A DNA stretch of 64,000 nucleotides from Candidatus Latescibacterota bacterium (GCA_963791045.1 CAWBQK010000015.1:1-64000), one strand, 5' to 3'; positions 1 through 10,567 are shown, counted from the first letter of the stretch. A program made the numbers and translations. Notes: generated by a model not told the origin, from the letters alone.

Positions 1-663
1 TTTTTAATACTGTCTGGGCCCGGTATTCATATTGCGGCGGGTTCTTGTTCCAATGCCCGTAAACCTTATGCCAGTTTTTGTCATTTTACAGGCGGGTAGT
101 ATTTTATGTTAATCTTTCCCATACCACAGTTTCTTCGGGGAGCGGGGGAAGGGGCTTTTTGAGCGAGCGGTGAGAGGACCACATACAGCGTACGGCAAAG
201 CAAGCGCGCCTCACAAGTATATTTTTAGTAGGTTAGTCAAATTGATCTCCTCCTACCTATTTCAGCAGAGATTTTTGTATCTGTCAAATGCACTTCACTC
301 AGTATCAGCATCAGAATTCTTTTATCATAGTGGTTATGATTTACTTTTTGAAACAGGCAGGTCCTGCGAATTCCTGAGGGATGGTACAAGTTACAAACGG
401 ATTTACAGTTTGAAAATGAGATGACCCTGTCACCAGGAAAAACACTAATGGTTAATAACTTATATCGAATAAAAGGACAGATCAGGTCTGCTGTACTGCC
501 GATTGGCTGCAGTGACAATGAATGAAGTGGTGACATCACCAAAAAAGCCGTATTTGAGAAAGCGGATTGACTATTTCTGGGGGCGCCAGGGGATTCGCTT
601 AGGACTTAAACTGGCAAGCAGCCCTTTCACTTAGGATTAAACGCTTTCTGCAGTTGGCGGAAA

Positions 664-1432
664 TTGTTATTTTCTCGGGGAAAGTATAGAAGAATAGTGG
701 ACAACAATTTGCATATGGCCTTTGTATTCAAGATACTAAAAAAACAATTTTGCACATCACCAGATAAAAAGCAATTAGATATGGGGAAAAACGTTTCCAA
801 TAAGTGGTTTGATGCAGAGCCTGATCTCGTAAATGAGCTGGTTTCCGTTAATGGTTTAGAGCATCTTGATAATGCATTGAGTAAGGGAAAGGGTGTTGTG
901 GCGGTCAGTGCACACCTGGGGAACTTTTCTCTTATTGGTCCCCGGCTCACTAGGGAAGGATACCCGTTCTCCCTTGTACTTCGGGACGCAAAGGATGAAA
1001 TGTTGGCGCAATAGATCTGAGGGATTTAGAACAAATGCCATCAATCATGAACCTTGTTATAGTGCATTGTAGTCTTCTTACACATGCTTAGGAATGAAGT
1101 TCCTTTCCTTTATACATGATATGTCTTTTAGCACTTCGTGTTGTTTCTGGCTGTAGATTCTTACTTTCAAGGGACCTGTATAATTTTAACACTGTCAGAA
1201 TGTGTTGCTCCTGCCCAGGAATGTTTATAATACGGGAAAGGTCCGGTCACCATCAGCTCATTATCATGAAATCACCCTATTCATTCTGAAAAACACTTGA
1301 CAATCGAGAGGATGATATTTTCTGCAATACCACCAGCCTTACTAAGCTTATTGAAGGTTACATCTGGACAGTATCCAACTGGCCCAATGGTGGTGGTTTC
1401 ATCGTCGCTGGAAAAAAGCGAGAAGGGGCTAA
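664..1432 (+). pseudogene. Degraded lipid A lauroyl/lysophospholipid acyltransferase (LpxL family)
   Basis: ORF 664-1014 reads GLEHLDNALSKGKGVVAVSAHLGNF (LpxL-family motif) and stops early. The family's C-terminal QWWWFHRRWK motif appears at 1385-1414, after stops and indels, and ends at TAA 1430-1432. Confidence 0.7.
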
Positions 1433-1619
1433 TTAACCGTTTCTTTACAAAAATGTTTTATGCTATAAGATCTTTTAATAGAGCAGTAGCCCGTCAGCGT
1501 GTAGTGATGAGAGGGGCAGGAAGTGAATAAAAAAGACATGGACAATAAATGCAAGATGGCAAAGGGTTTGTCTCCAGAAACCAGCGGCTGCGGCATCCAA
1601 TCGATAGAGGGTTTAGGAG

Positions 1620-2540
1620 ATGTTGGTTCCTTCCAGGCTCCTCATTGTAGACAATGATGATAAATTGAGGTTGTTGACTCAAGGACCTGCTGGAGGAATC
1701 AGGTACGAGGTGTAACGTAATTCCTGTGGTGAGGATGCCTGACAAATTATCAGAATGCCGACCTTTTACTTGGTAATCACCGATTTGTGATCTCACCGGG
1801 GATGGTATGGCCCGCGCAGGTTATTAAAGAGGTAAAAGCTATCGATTCAGGTATCGACGTCATTGTGATGACCGGATGACTTTTTTGTCAACTCGGCTGT
1901 GGAATCGATGAAAGCAGGTGCTGTAGATTGCATTACCAAGCTGTTCAACAGTGATCAATATAAAAATGGTTGTCTAACAAAAACATTGAACGAAAAACAA
2001 TATGAGTGTTGGCACAAGGAAATAAACTGAAGAATAAAATTTTTCAATATTGATGAATCAATGAATGATATGGATTGTTATATCTTCACCAAAAACACCT
2101 GAAAAGATACAACTTAGTGAAAATAGCGGCAACTCTCTTCGTTGTTATGTTAGATATTGATGATTTCAAAAAGTATAATGATCAATACGGTCTATCTTGT
2201 TGGCTACTTGCAGATTTTTAAAGAAGGTGGCATTCAAATCTCCTTAACCAAATGCTACCAGAAGGATGTGATGCTGCGTTGTATGGTGGTAGGTTTCCAA
2301 CTACTCCTCTGGAGTTATAGGAAGACAAATTGTTGTTTGTGAATATTAGGTAGTCATTGGAGAGGGTGAATAGGTTACTAAGGGGATAATATTGGTGGGT
2401 TCAGGACCAGCATGTATCCTTTGGGCTGGCATTTTTTCCCCGGGATGCTGATAATAAAGATGACCTTAGTACCATGCTTGATATGTAATTTTTGTATTAA
2501 GGGGAAGGAATTAAGGAAAAATTGTGTTTTTCTTTCTGTT
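1620..2540 (+). pseudogene. Degraded response-regulator receiver + GGDEF (diguanylate cyclase) gene
   Basis: Fragments in changing frames: MLVPSRLLIVDNDD, VITDL, IDVIVMTG, SAVESMKAGAVDCITK (receiver domain), then VVMLDIDDFKKYNDQYG, a degenerate YGG motif and VSFGLAFFPRDA (GGDEF domain). End is approximate. Confidence 0.6.
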
Positions 2541-2575
2541 TCAAAAAAAAAAATCTCATATGGACAAAGGCACAC

Positions 2576-2636
2576 AATAATGTAATCCTTGCCGGGCTTA
2601 CTGTGATGAGAGATATGCCTCAGGAATATTTGTACT
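2576..2636 (+). pseudogene. Possible short remnant of the glmU C-terminus
   Basis: NNVILAGLTVMRDMPQE resembles the GlmU C-terminal AVIGAGSTITKDVP motif and lies just upstream of glmS, the usual glmU-glmS order. Very short. Confidence 0.3.
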
Positions 2637-2787
2637 ACCAGGGGAAGTAGTTAGAAGGCTGTCACCCATTGTGGACCATGGCCTTTTACTCAAAACACGC
2701 AGAATGACTTTCAGACTCTATGTTATGGTTGTGAACATGTAACAGTAAAAATAACTTGTCTGATGGTTCATACATTAACAAGGAAAT

Positions 2788-3253
2788 ATGTGCCGTATTG
2801 TTGAGAATCCCGCCAAGGGAGTCCACATCGTTGCTCTGACACTGGCCCTCAAACGGTTGGAGTATCGGGGGTACGATCTGCGGGTCTGGCCGTTATAGAG
2901 AATGGCCGGGTAAAGATTAAGGTGAATTAAGGAAAAAACTGAACACTTAATCAGGAACTCTCCCGCAGGCATCCTTCAAGGAGGCAACGGTTGGGATAGG
3001 CCATACCCGGTGGGCTACCCATGGCAAACCATCTGAGACTAATGCCCATCCCCACAGGGCTGGGAGTGGTGTTGTGGTTTACAACGGCATTATTGAGAAT
3101 TACCTTGACCTGAAAAGGATGCTGGAGAAAGGGGGTCATACCTTCAAATCAGAAACTGATACGGAAATTATTGCCCATCTCATACAGAGTTATCTTTTCA
3201 AGGGCAACAGCTTCGAGCAGTCAGTACGCAATGCCCTTAAGAGGATCAGGGGA
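2788..3253 (+). pseudogene. glmS: Glutamine-fructose-6-phosphate transaminase, N-terminal fragment, frameshifted and cut at the junction
   Basis: MCRIV at ATG 2788, LKRLEYRGYD, a frameshift, then GIGHTRWATHGKPSETNAHPH and NGIIENY..FKSETDTEIIAHLI. Similarity ends at about 3253. Confidence 0.85.
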
Positions 3254-3254
3254 T

Positions 3255-3466
3255 TCAATATCATACAATACGGCAAGAAATTGATTAACCTCTCCCTCTA
3301 TTTGCATCATGGCTTTAAACTCCTTAAAGGATGAAACTGTATTGGTTCTTGTATATACTTGGATACCCTCTTTTTCCTTGACGAGCTTCCATTGTTCCTG
3401 ACCCATTAACTGAAAATGGAGCAGCAACAACAAGCATAGATGTATCATATAGCTACTTTGCTTCAT
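3255..3466 (-). CDS. START-domain (lipid-binding) protein, 3' end cut at the junction
   Basis: Signal peptide, then QWKLVKEKEGIQVYTR...FKEFKAMMQI..LAVLYD, typical of the bacterial START N-terminus. Start overlaps the end of the sulfotransferase gene. Confidence 0.7.
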
Positions 3467-4601
3467 TCGATTCAATTTCAATATGACTTGGAACACCATA
3501 TCCCCATTCGCGCATAGCAAAGCCCCATTCATTTTGGATCCTTTTCATCAATGCTTCAGTGATGCGATGTTTATTTTTCTGATAACTCTTCATTTTGTTT
3601 AAATAAGCCTCAAAATAAGGTTGGCTCTTATCATGACCGGAAAGATCAAGGTCCTTATATATGTGTCTTATGCATGTCATGGGATCGGTCTCCAGGGTCT
3701 CAAAAGCAAGTTCTACCAAATGACCCTTGGGAATCAACTCCCTTTGCTCAAGGTAATCCTCCATCAAATTCTTATACAATTCAAAAATGTGGTCATCCAA
3801 GACTGATGCCTCGATGCTTTGAAGTTGTAAATGGGGAAGCATCTTATCAAAAAAATTATGTGTAGATAAATAGACCTCTACAGGATTTCTGTGAATATGG
3901 ATAAACCGGGCATTAGGAAACATTTCCAACAACACTTTTATTCTTGCCGTATTGGGAGGGTTCTTTGACAGGAACCTGTCTCTTCCTGTATTTTTCATGG
4001 CTTTACTTATCAAGAGCTTATAATCTTTCTTCCAGGAGTCGATCACAGCTGTGTCTATATTCCTAAATCGCACGAATTGCTCATAGAATTTCTTTAAAGA
4101 TCTTGGAAACATCCAGAAATAATAAAAACTAATTGGAGTTTTATCTCCTAAGGCAAATTCTTCCTCTTGAGGCAGCGTTGTGCCAAGTGTCACATTATCT
4201 CCCTTTCTGGTTCCGGGAATAAGAATTCTTGCAAATCCTTCAAAAAGGAATCTGCCGGCTTTATTAAATAAGGTGTCGGGAAATACGCTTTGAAAAGTTG
4301 TTGTATAAGCCATTTGAGGATCCTGGCAAAGAATATTATGCAAATGTGTTGTGCCGCTTCGCCAATGGCCGATAATAAAAATAGGTTCCTTTTCTATTTG
4401 AGTTCTGCTGTATTTTTCATTAATAAACAACTTCTCATAAGTCCTAAAAGGCCAATTAATTATATTGATCAATAGGGTTAATAACGTACGAATTAAAAAC
4501 CTAAATGAAATAGCATGATTGCCAAATAGATAGAACAACACCCTGAATGAATATCCAACAGCCGGGGGTAAAAGAAATCCCTTTTTTTGACCCTTTCCCA
4601 T
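3453..4601 (-). CDS. Sulfotransferase (Sulfotransfer_3 / Stf3-like)
   Basis: PAPS-binding motif PIFIIGHWRSGTTHLH, PQEEEF, LSKNPPNTAR and FIHIHRNP..VYLS. 382 aa. Confidence 0.9.
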   Translation of the reverse strand: MGKGQKKGFLLPPAVGYSFRVLFYLFGNHAISFRFLIRTLLTLLINIINWPFRTYEKLFINEKYSRTQIEKEPIFIIGHWRSGTTHLHNILCQDPQMAYTTTFQSVFPDTLFNKAGRFLFEGFARILIPGTRKGDNVTLGTTLPQEEEFALGDKTPISFYYFWMFPRSLKKFYEQFVRFRNIDTAVIDSWKKDYKLLISKAMKNTGRDRFLSKNPPNTARIKVLLEMFPNARFIHIHRNPVEVYLSTHNFFDKMLPHLQLQSIEASVLDDHIFELYKNLMEDYLEQRELIPKGHLVELAFETLETDPMTCIRHIYKDLDLSGHDKSQPYFEAYLNKMKSYQKNKHRITEALMKRIQNEWGFAMREWGYGVPSHIEIESNEAK

Positions 4602-4768
4602 GAATACTATTTCAAATTTCTTTTAAAAAATAATGTTTCGGAAAGCATACGAGTAATGATAAGGATTATTAAAATGGATATCTAAAAATAAGTATTAATC
4701 ATCAATTAAGGAAACTAATGGCTATAAATTAAGGCATAATTACTTAACCTGTTCAGGAAGAAAACAGG

Positions 4769-5113
4769 TCATTTTTTGATCAACTTCTTGGTTACAAAAA
4801 ATTGATTTGAATGTATCTTGATCATATAAATGCCTGAATTAACATCTCTGAGATCAATTCTTACAAAATTAGTATTAACATCTTTAACCAAATCTCCAAG
4901 TAAACTGTAAACCTGAACTCTGGTTATTGGCAAGTTGGAACGTATTGTTAAATAATTTTCCACAGGATTGGGATACATAATTACTGCCTTGTTTAAGGCA
5001 AAATTATTCTTAATACCCGCCCTGTCTTGATTACCAGTATCCGACTGGGCCGATAGGGTAGCAGATCCTGCTAAAATAAAAAAGAAGAAAAGTACAAAGT
5101 ATTTTTTCATCAT
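4769..5113 (-). CDS. Small T9SS type A sorting (CTD) domain protein
   Basis: Signal peptide followed almost directly by MYPNPV..VYSLLG..SGIYMIKI..TKKLIKK. Confidence 0.85.
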   Translation of the reverse strand: MMKKYFVLFFFFILAGSATLSAQSDTGNQDRAGIKNNFALNKAVIMYPNPVENYLTIRSNLPITRVQVYSLLGDLVKDVNTNFVRIDLRDVNSGIYMIKIHSNQFFVTKKLIKK

Positions 5114-5362
5114 ATACCTATCATTTCTGGAGTCATTTGCAAAATTACTGATATTGTAAATGCGAATCAAAATCCTACCAAGGAATTTATCAACCATTGA
5201 TAAAAAAATATGCTTTTTAGATTGTTAATAAAACCCCCAATTACATTTACTTCATGAAAGTATCAAATTCTCCATGAAATTTTCTTTATTTTTTGTTAAG
5301 ATATTTACTGCGTGAAGGTGACTTAGGTTGCAAAATGTCTTTTTTACAGGTTAAAAACAAAA

Positions 5363-5382
5363 AAAGAGCCTTACGGCTCTTT
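5363..5382 (-). terminator. Intrinsic terminator
   Basis: Hairpin aaagagcc-ttac-ggctcttt with an A-tract upstream on the + strand, just after the stop of 5407-5883. Confidence 0.7.
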
Positions 5383-5406
5383 AAAATTTATTGAATACAT
5401 TTCTTA

Positions 5407-5883
5407 TTAGGATGCACAAAGTGTCAATTCATTCAGATTATCACTCGTTCGGTTTAAAACAAATTGAATTTCATCGTCTAAAACGCCATCTTCATAGTAG
5501 TCTAACTCTACTCTTAAAATATTGCCTGAAACTGTCATTGTAAGAATCACGTATTCTCCGGAATCTCCACCAATTCTAATTTCAACTTTGTTTTCTCTGT
5601 TCTCAATGACTTCCGGAGATCCGTCATCAGTTATGCTTTGATATTCATAGCAGTCTCTGGTTTCATCATATACCCAAATTTCAAATGGATTATTTTCTGT
5701 ACTATTGATCTGTGCATAAACACTAAATCCATCTTCGGGTTCACCAATTTTCCAAACGGTACCCCCATGTGTTTCTAAAAATGACTTTTCATCATCATCG
5801 TCGCTATCGCTGCAACCAACAAAAGAAAAAGAGATTAACGCAATCATGGCAAAAGCTTTTAATCTTAACATATGTGCTTTCAT
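5407..5883 (-). CDS. Hypothetical lipoprotein (paralog 1)
   Basis: Lipobox FVGC followed by acidic SDSDDDDE. Clear paralog of 6016-6489. Confidence 0.8.
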   Translation of the reverse strand: MKAHMLRLKAFAMIALISFSFVGCSDSDDDDEKSFLETHGGTVWKIGEPEDGFSVYAQINSTENNPFEIWVYDETRDCYEYQSITDDGSPEVIENRENKVEIRIGGDSGEYVILTMTVSGNILRVELDYYEDGVLDDEIQFVLNRTSDNLNELTLCAS

Positions 5884-5972
5884 AATTTTAAATTTGATTT
5901 ATTTAGAATTCTTTCAAACGTAATATAATATTTTTGATTAATGTCAGAAATAGACATCTTTAAAATCAACAT

Positions 5973-5998
5973 AAAAAAAGCCCTTATGGGCTTTTTTT
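5973..5998 (-). terminator. Intrinsic terminator
   Basis: aaaaaaagccc-ttat-gggcttttttt. Confidence 0.75.
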
Positions 5999-6015
5999 AT
6001 GTGGCATAATCTGTT

Positions 6016-6489
6016 TTAGTTTTTACAAACCTTTATATTATCAATTTTATCGTTACTTTTCTTAAGTGTAAAATGCTCTTCTTTTACTAGCTTTCCTTCC
6101 TTAAAAGAATCTAACTCCATGTGTAAGGCGCTTCCATTAATAGTCAAAGTAAAAATTCCATGTTCTTTAGAACTTTCCTTTATTTTAATCTGTACTTTAT
6201 TTTTCTTATTCTCAAGAACCTCAGTCGCCACTGATTCGGAATATCTTTCAAAAAAATAACAATCATCTAAAACATTATACAACCATATCTCGAAAGGTTC
6301 AGATTCCGACTTGTTGATCTGAGCGTAAATGGTGAGTCCATCTTTAGGCTCTCCATATTTCCATAAGGTTCCTTTATAAGTTTCGAGAAAAGTTCTTTTC
6401 TCCTTCTCCTTTAGATTAAAAGCACTAAAAAAAACTGCGATAATTACAAGTACAGCGAATGCCTTAATTCTTAAAATATTTGATTTCAT
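6016..6489 (-). CDS. Hypothetical exported protein (paralog 2)
   Basis: Shares FLET..GT.WK.GEP.DG...YAQIN.....PFEIW.Y with 5407-5883. Has a signal peptide but no lipobox Cys. Confidence 0.8.
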   Translation of the reverse strand: MKSNILRIKAFAVLVIIAVFFSAFNLKEKEKRTFLETYKGTLWKYGEPKDGLTIYAQINKSESEPFEIWLYNVLDDCYFFERYSESVATEVLENKKNKVQIKIKESSKEHGIFTLTINGSALHMELDSFKEGKLVKEEHFTLKKSNDKIDNIKVCKN

Positions 6490-6627
6490 AGCTTTAATTT
6501 TAATTTAACTGCAACTCTATAAACGAAATAAATGCGCTAAAATTGTGAATCAAGGGCCATAAAATACTTAAAACTGACTTCTTGTCATATAACTATGCTT
6601 TGGCTTGATATTGGAAGCTCCTCATGC

Positions 6628-8109
6628 ATGAGTAAAAACAAAGTTTCCTTCGCATGGGCCTTTAAAGAATTTATTTGGCCTCGTAAAAAAATCGTGTTCA
6701 TAGGATTGATACTGATCATCTTGAAAAGTTTGGCCGGATTGGTATTACCTTATGCTACAAAAAATCTTATAGATGACATTATTCCTTCTCAGGATATGAA
6801 GGCATTGTGGATACTTTTGGTTGTAGTAGTCATTTCGATTATTATTCAGGCAGTGAGTTCATTTTCACTGACCAGGCTGCTAAGTGTTGAAGCTCAGCAT
6901 CTTATTTCTTTATTAAGGGCCAAGGTTCAAAAGAAACTATTGACCTTACCTATCAGTTTCTTTGATAACAATAAGTCGGGAGCACTGGTGTCAAGGGTGA
7001 TGACTGATGTGGAAGGGGTAAGAAACCTTGTAGGTACAGGTTTGGTTCAATTAATTGGCGGGTCCTTAACATCAATTATTTCCTTGATCATACTGATAAA
7101 GATCAACGCTACCATGACTCTTTTTGTTTTACTGCCAGTTGCTGTCTTCGCGATTATTGCTTTAAAAGCCTTCGGTTATATACGCCCCATTTTTAGGGCC
7201 AGAGGAAAAATCAATGCAGAAGTTACAGGAAGATTAACGGAGACCTTAAATGGTATTCGGGTTATCAAAGGATTTAATGCGGAGGCCCAGGAATTGAGAA
7301 CTTTTGAAGATGGTGTTGAGCGCCTCTTTCTCAATGTAAAAAAGAGTCTCACGGCTACTGCCTTGATGACCAGTTCTTCGGCCCTTTTACTGGGGCTTGC
7401 ATCAGCGGGGATTATGGGCATGGGAGGCTATTTTATCATGAATGGCAATATGACCTATGGTGAATTTGTTTCTTTCACCCTTTTCCTTGGATTTATGATA
7501 GCGCCTATCGTTCAAATGAGTAACATAGGAAGTCAACTCACCGAGGCCATGGCCGGTTTGGACAGAACGCAGGAATTGATGGACATGGAAGAAGAAGATG
7601 ATCCAAAGAAGCGAACCCTATTAATTGAAAAAGTAAAAGGAGACATCCTTTTTGAGAACGTTTCTTTTAGTTATGAAAAAGGAAAGCAAGTTCTTCATGA
7701 TGTCTCTTTTTCAGCACCGGCTGGAAGCGTCACTGCACTTGTTGGATCTTCGGGTTCCGGAAAGTCTACTATCGCTGGTCTGGCTGCTACTTTTCTAAAT
7801 CCGAATAAAGGAAAGGTGACTTTAGACGGTTTAGATCTTTCACAAGTTAATCTAAACAGTTACAGGTCGCATCTTGGTGTGGTACTTCAAGACGATTTTT
7901 TATATGAGGGAACTATCAGAGAAAACATATTGTTTCCAAGGCCTGATGCCAGTGAAGAAGAATTAATGGAGGCTGTTAAAGGTGCTTATGTACATGAATT
8001 CACTGATCGTTTTGATGATGGTCTTGAAACCGTTATTGGTGAACGAGGTGTTAAACTTTCGGGAGGTCAAAGACAGCGCATCTCTATAGCAAGGGCACTC
8101 TTGGCAAAT
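6628..8109 (+). CDS. ABC exporter (fused TMD + NBD, MsbA/Sav1866-like), 3' end cut at the junction
   Basis: ABC membrane domain, Walker A GSSGSGKST, signature LSGGQRQR. Stops resembling the family after IARALLAN, so Walker B is absent. Confidence 0.9.
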
Positions 8110-8158
8110 AGCAATATGATGAGCCAAGCAAAGAACAATACCTGGCTAGACCATTTGC

Positions 8159-8950
8159 TTAGAAGAACCGGCGATAGTTCGTATTGTGCTTCAAAAGGGC
8201 GGCTCCCGATCGAAGATGATCGAGAAGCCGGGCCGATTTCTCGACTTTGATGGCGCGCGGCTCGCCGGCAAAAAAGAACAGGATCGTCCCTACAGCCAGG
8301 CATCCGGCGCCTAAAATAAAAATAATCCCGAAATCAGAGGGAAACGGATGCCCCAGAAAACCAAGCCGGCGCACGCCACCCTCGACAAGATCAAAGACCT
8401 CCCCTCCCATCCACACCCGGTCCGAACTCTCGCCGAGTATGATTCCCACAACCATCCCGGCGACAATACCCAGAATTCCGCCAATAAACCGCCGCGTCCC
8501 AAAAAACACGCCCCTCTTCGTGGCCGGAATGGTCTTGCTGACGATTTCGAGCATCGGCACAGCGGCCAACCCGCCGGCAAGGTAGGCAAAAAAGATCGCC
8601 CCAAGAAAGATGGTCAGGAAAACAGCGGGGTTGTCTACATCCACGACGAATGCGACCGCGGCAATAGCGCCAAAACCGATAATACGGGGGATGGAGGCGA
8701 GTCTGTACAGATTCATCAGGTACCCCCTCGTTTCGGCGAGCCGCGAGGCGAACACCTGCGGGAGGAACCAGCCGACAGCATGAAGCGAGCTGACGAGCCC
8801 CACGAGCACGGCCGAACCACCGAGCTTCATTATAAAAACGGGCAGAACGGTGAACGGATCGAGGAACGCCATACCCACATTGATGAGCGTCCCGGTGACA
8901 ACGCCGAGAACGAAATTGCGGCGGTAATAGGGTGGTTGCTGGTTTGCCAT
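8159..8950 (-). CDS. MFS transporter, 3' half cut at the junction
   Basis: About six TM helices (FLDPFTVLPVFIMKLGGS, KTIPATKRGVFFG). Ends at the central loop, NYRRFF. Confidence 0.75.
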   Translation of the reverse strand: MANQQPPYYRRNFVLGVVTGTLINVGMAFLDPFTVLPVFIMKLGGSAVLVGLVSSLHAVGWFLPQVFASRLAETRGYLMNLYRLASIPRIIGFGAIAAVAFVVDVDNPAVFLTIFLGAIFFAYLAGGLAAVPMLEIVSKTIPATKRGVFFGTRRFIGGILGIVAGMVVGIILGESSDRVWMGGEVFDLVEGGVRRLGFLGHPFPSDFGIIFILGAGCLAVGTILFFFAGEPRAIKVEKSARLLDHLRSGAALLKHNTNYRRFF

Positions 8951-9066
8951 GGTTTCGAAAGGTACCGGCTGCGGCTGACAATTGCAAGTTCTCGCTGTAT
9001 ACTGGTGGTGGGCGACGAATCCCCGCCGCGAACACCACCTTAATCCTCAACGGCACGGAGACCGGC

Positions 9067-9441
9067 ATGATCAAGGGACTTGGAGTCGACACCATCGAAC
9101 TCGAACGAATCGAACGCGTGTACCGCGAGTACAACCCACGGTTCATCGACAGGGTTTATTCATCCGAAGAAAAAGCATACGCTCTTCGCTTCAAGGATCC
9201 CGTGCCACGTCTCGCCGCCCGGTTTGCCGCAAAAGAAGCATGCATGAAAGCGCTGGGAACGGGATGGAATTTTGGCGTGCGCTGGAAGGATATTTCGGTC
9301 GTGAATAACCGGATGGGAAAACCCGAACTGGTACTCACGGGAAAAGCCAAAGACTTCTTCGAGAAAATGGAAGCGGGTCACGTCCACCTCTCTATCACCC
9401 ACAGCCGTAGATACGCGACGGCCGTCGTCATTTTCGAATAG
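9067..9441 (+). CDS. acpS: Holo-[acyl-carrier-protein] synthase
   Basis: MIKGLGVD, LAARFAAKEACMKALGTG, GKP, HLSITH. Confidence 0.95.
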   Translation: MIKGLGVDTIELERIERVYREYNPRFIDRVYSSEEKAYALRFKDPVPRLAARFAAKEACMKALGTGWNFGVRWKDISVVNNRMGKPELVLTGKAKDFFEKMEAGHVHLSITHSRRYATAVVIFE

Positions 9442-9498
9442 TTGAACCCATCTCTGAGTACGTCTGGACAACGCCGAGCGTAATTCGGCGCGGCCGTG

Positions 9499-10524
9499 TC
9501 AAACCGAGTCACGTCTCGTCACCCCGAGACCGGGGCCGTCGGGAAGAACGAGTTTTCCGTTCTGTACCGTGACACCCTCGAACGGGTCGTTGGCCACGAG
9601 AAGGTTGCCGTCGAGATCGGCGTAATCGACAAGGGGACTCAGGTGGGCCGCGGCGGTTATCCCAATCGATGACTCGATCATGCATCCGAGCATCACTTTG
9701 AGTTCGCACCGCCGCGCCTCTTCGATCATCTTCAGGGCGGGCGTGATCCCGCCGCACTTCATCAGCTTGATATTGATCCCATGCCCCTCGTCTCTCTTCT
9801 CGGAAATATCCTCGACGGTACGGATACTCTCGTCGAGAATAATGGGCAGCGGACTGAGACGTTTGAGTTCACGGAGCTCCTCGTGGCAGTCATGATGGAT
9901 GGGTTGTTCGACAAACTCGATACCCTTTTGTCCAAGCTCTCCGCACATCTGGATGGCCGTTTCGACATCCCATCCTTCGTTCGCGTCGACGCGGATAATT
10001 TTCCCCGATCGCGCGAGCACACGGTCGACGAGCGCCATGTCCCCGGGGAGTCCCATTTTCATCTTGAGTATTTTGTACGGCGCCGCCTCGTCAACCTTGC
10101 CGTCCACAATCTTGGGCGAATCCATCCCGATGGTGAACGAAGTGGCCGGTGTCTTTTTGGGATCGAGCCCGAGGATCTCAAAAAGTGGCTTACCCTTCTC
10201 CTTGCCGATAATATCCCAAAGGGCAATGTCCAGCGCGGCCCGGAGCGACGGATATCGATCGAGTAAAATCCGCATCTCTCCATCGGCAATGCGTTCCTTA
10301 ACGTGTTCCGGCTCGCCCACGATCTTGCCTCGGATTTTTTTTGCCGCCGCTGAGATGGATTCCACATCTTCGCCGTAATAGCGGGACGGCGACGCCTCGC
10401 CATACCCCGTGTAGCCCTCCCATGTCAGTGCGGCTACAACAATCTCCCTTTCGCTCTGGACTTCGCGCGCAATTCGAAAGGGGTGGTGCGGTTTTAGTTT
10501 GTAATGTTCCAGTTCTAACTTCAT
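9499..10524 (-). CDS. Dipeptide epimerase / N-acetyl-D-Glu racemase-like (enolase superfamily)
   Basis: PFRIAR, GYGEA, catalytic KMK, DANE, EQP, DES, NIKLMKCGG, GCMIES, DLDG. Confidence 0.9.
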   Translation of the reverse strand: MKLELEHYKLKPHHPFRIAREVQSEREIVVAALTWEGYTGYGEASPSRYYGEDVESISAAAKKIRGKIVGEPEHVKERIADGEMRILLDRYPSLRAALDIALWDIIGKEKGKPLFEILGLDPKKTPATSFTIGMDSPKIVDGKVDEAAPYKILKMKMGLPGDMALVDRVLARSGKIIRVDANEGWDVETAIQMCGELGQKGIEFVEQPIHHDCHEELRELKRLSPLPIILDESIRTVEDISEKRDEGHGINIKLMKCGGITPALKMIEEARRCELKVMLGCMIESSIGITAAAHLSPLVDYADLDGNLLVANDPFEGVTVQNGKLVLPDGPGLGVTRRDSV

Positions 10525-10567
10525 AAAGTTGTCCGATTCGTACAGTCACTCACAAGCGGCCGCGTCG

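Noticed and set aside
1-620. Short ORFs 170-424 and 237-542
   Set aside because: No motif recognised. Probably decayed coding sequence that I cannot assign.
2640-2787. glmS ribozyme upstream of glmS
   Set aside because: No recognisable conserved core by eye, and the region is degraded.
8110-8250. Novel C-terminal extension of the ABC transporter
   Set aside because: Read-through across the junction. Walker B is missing.
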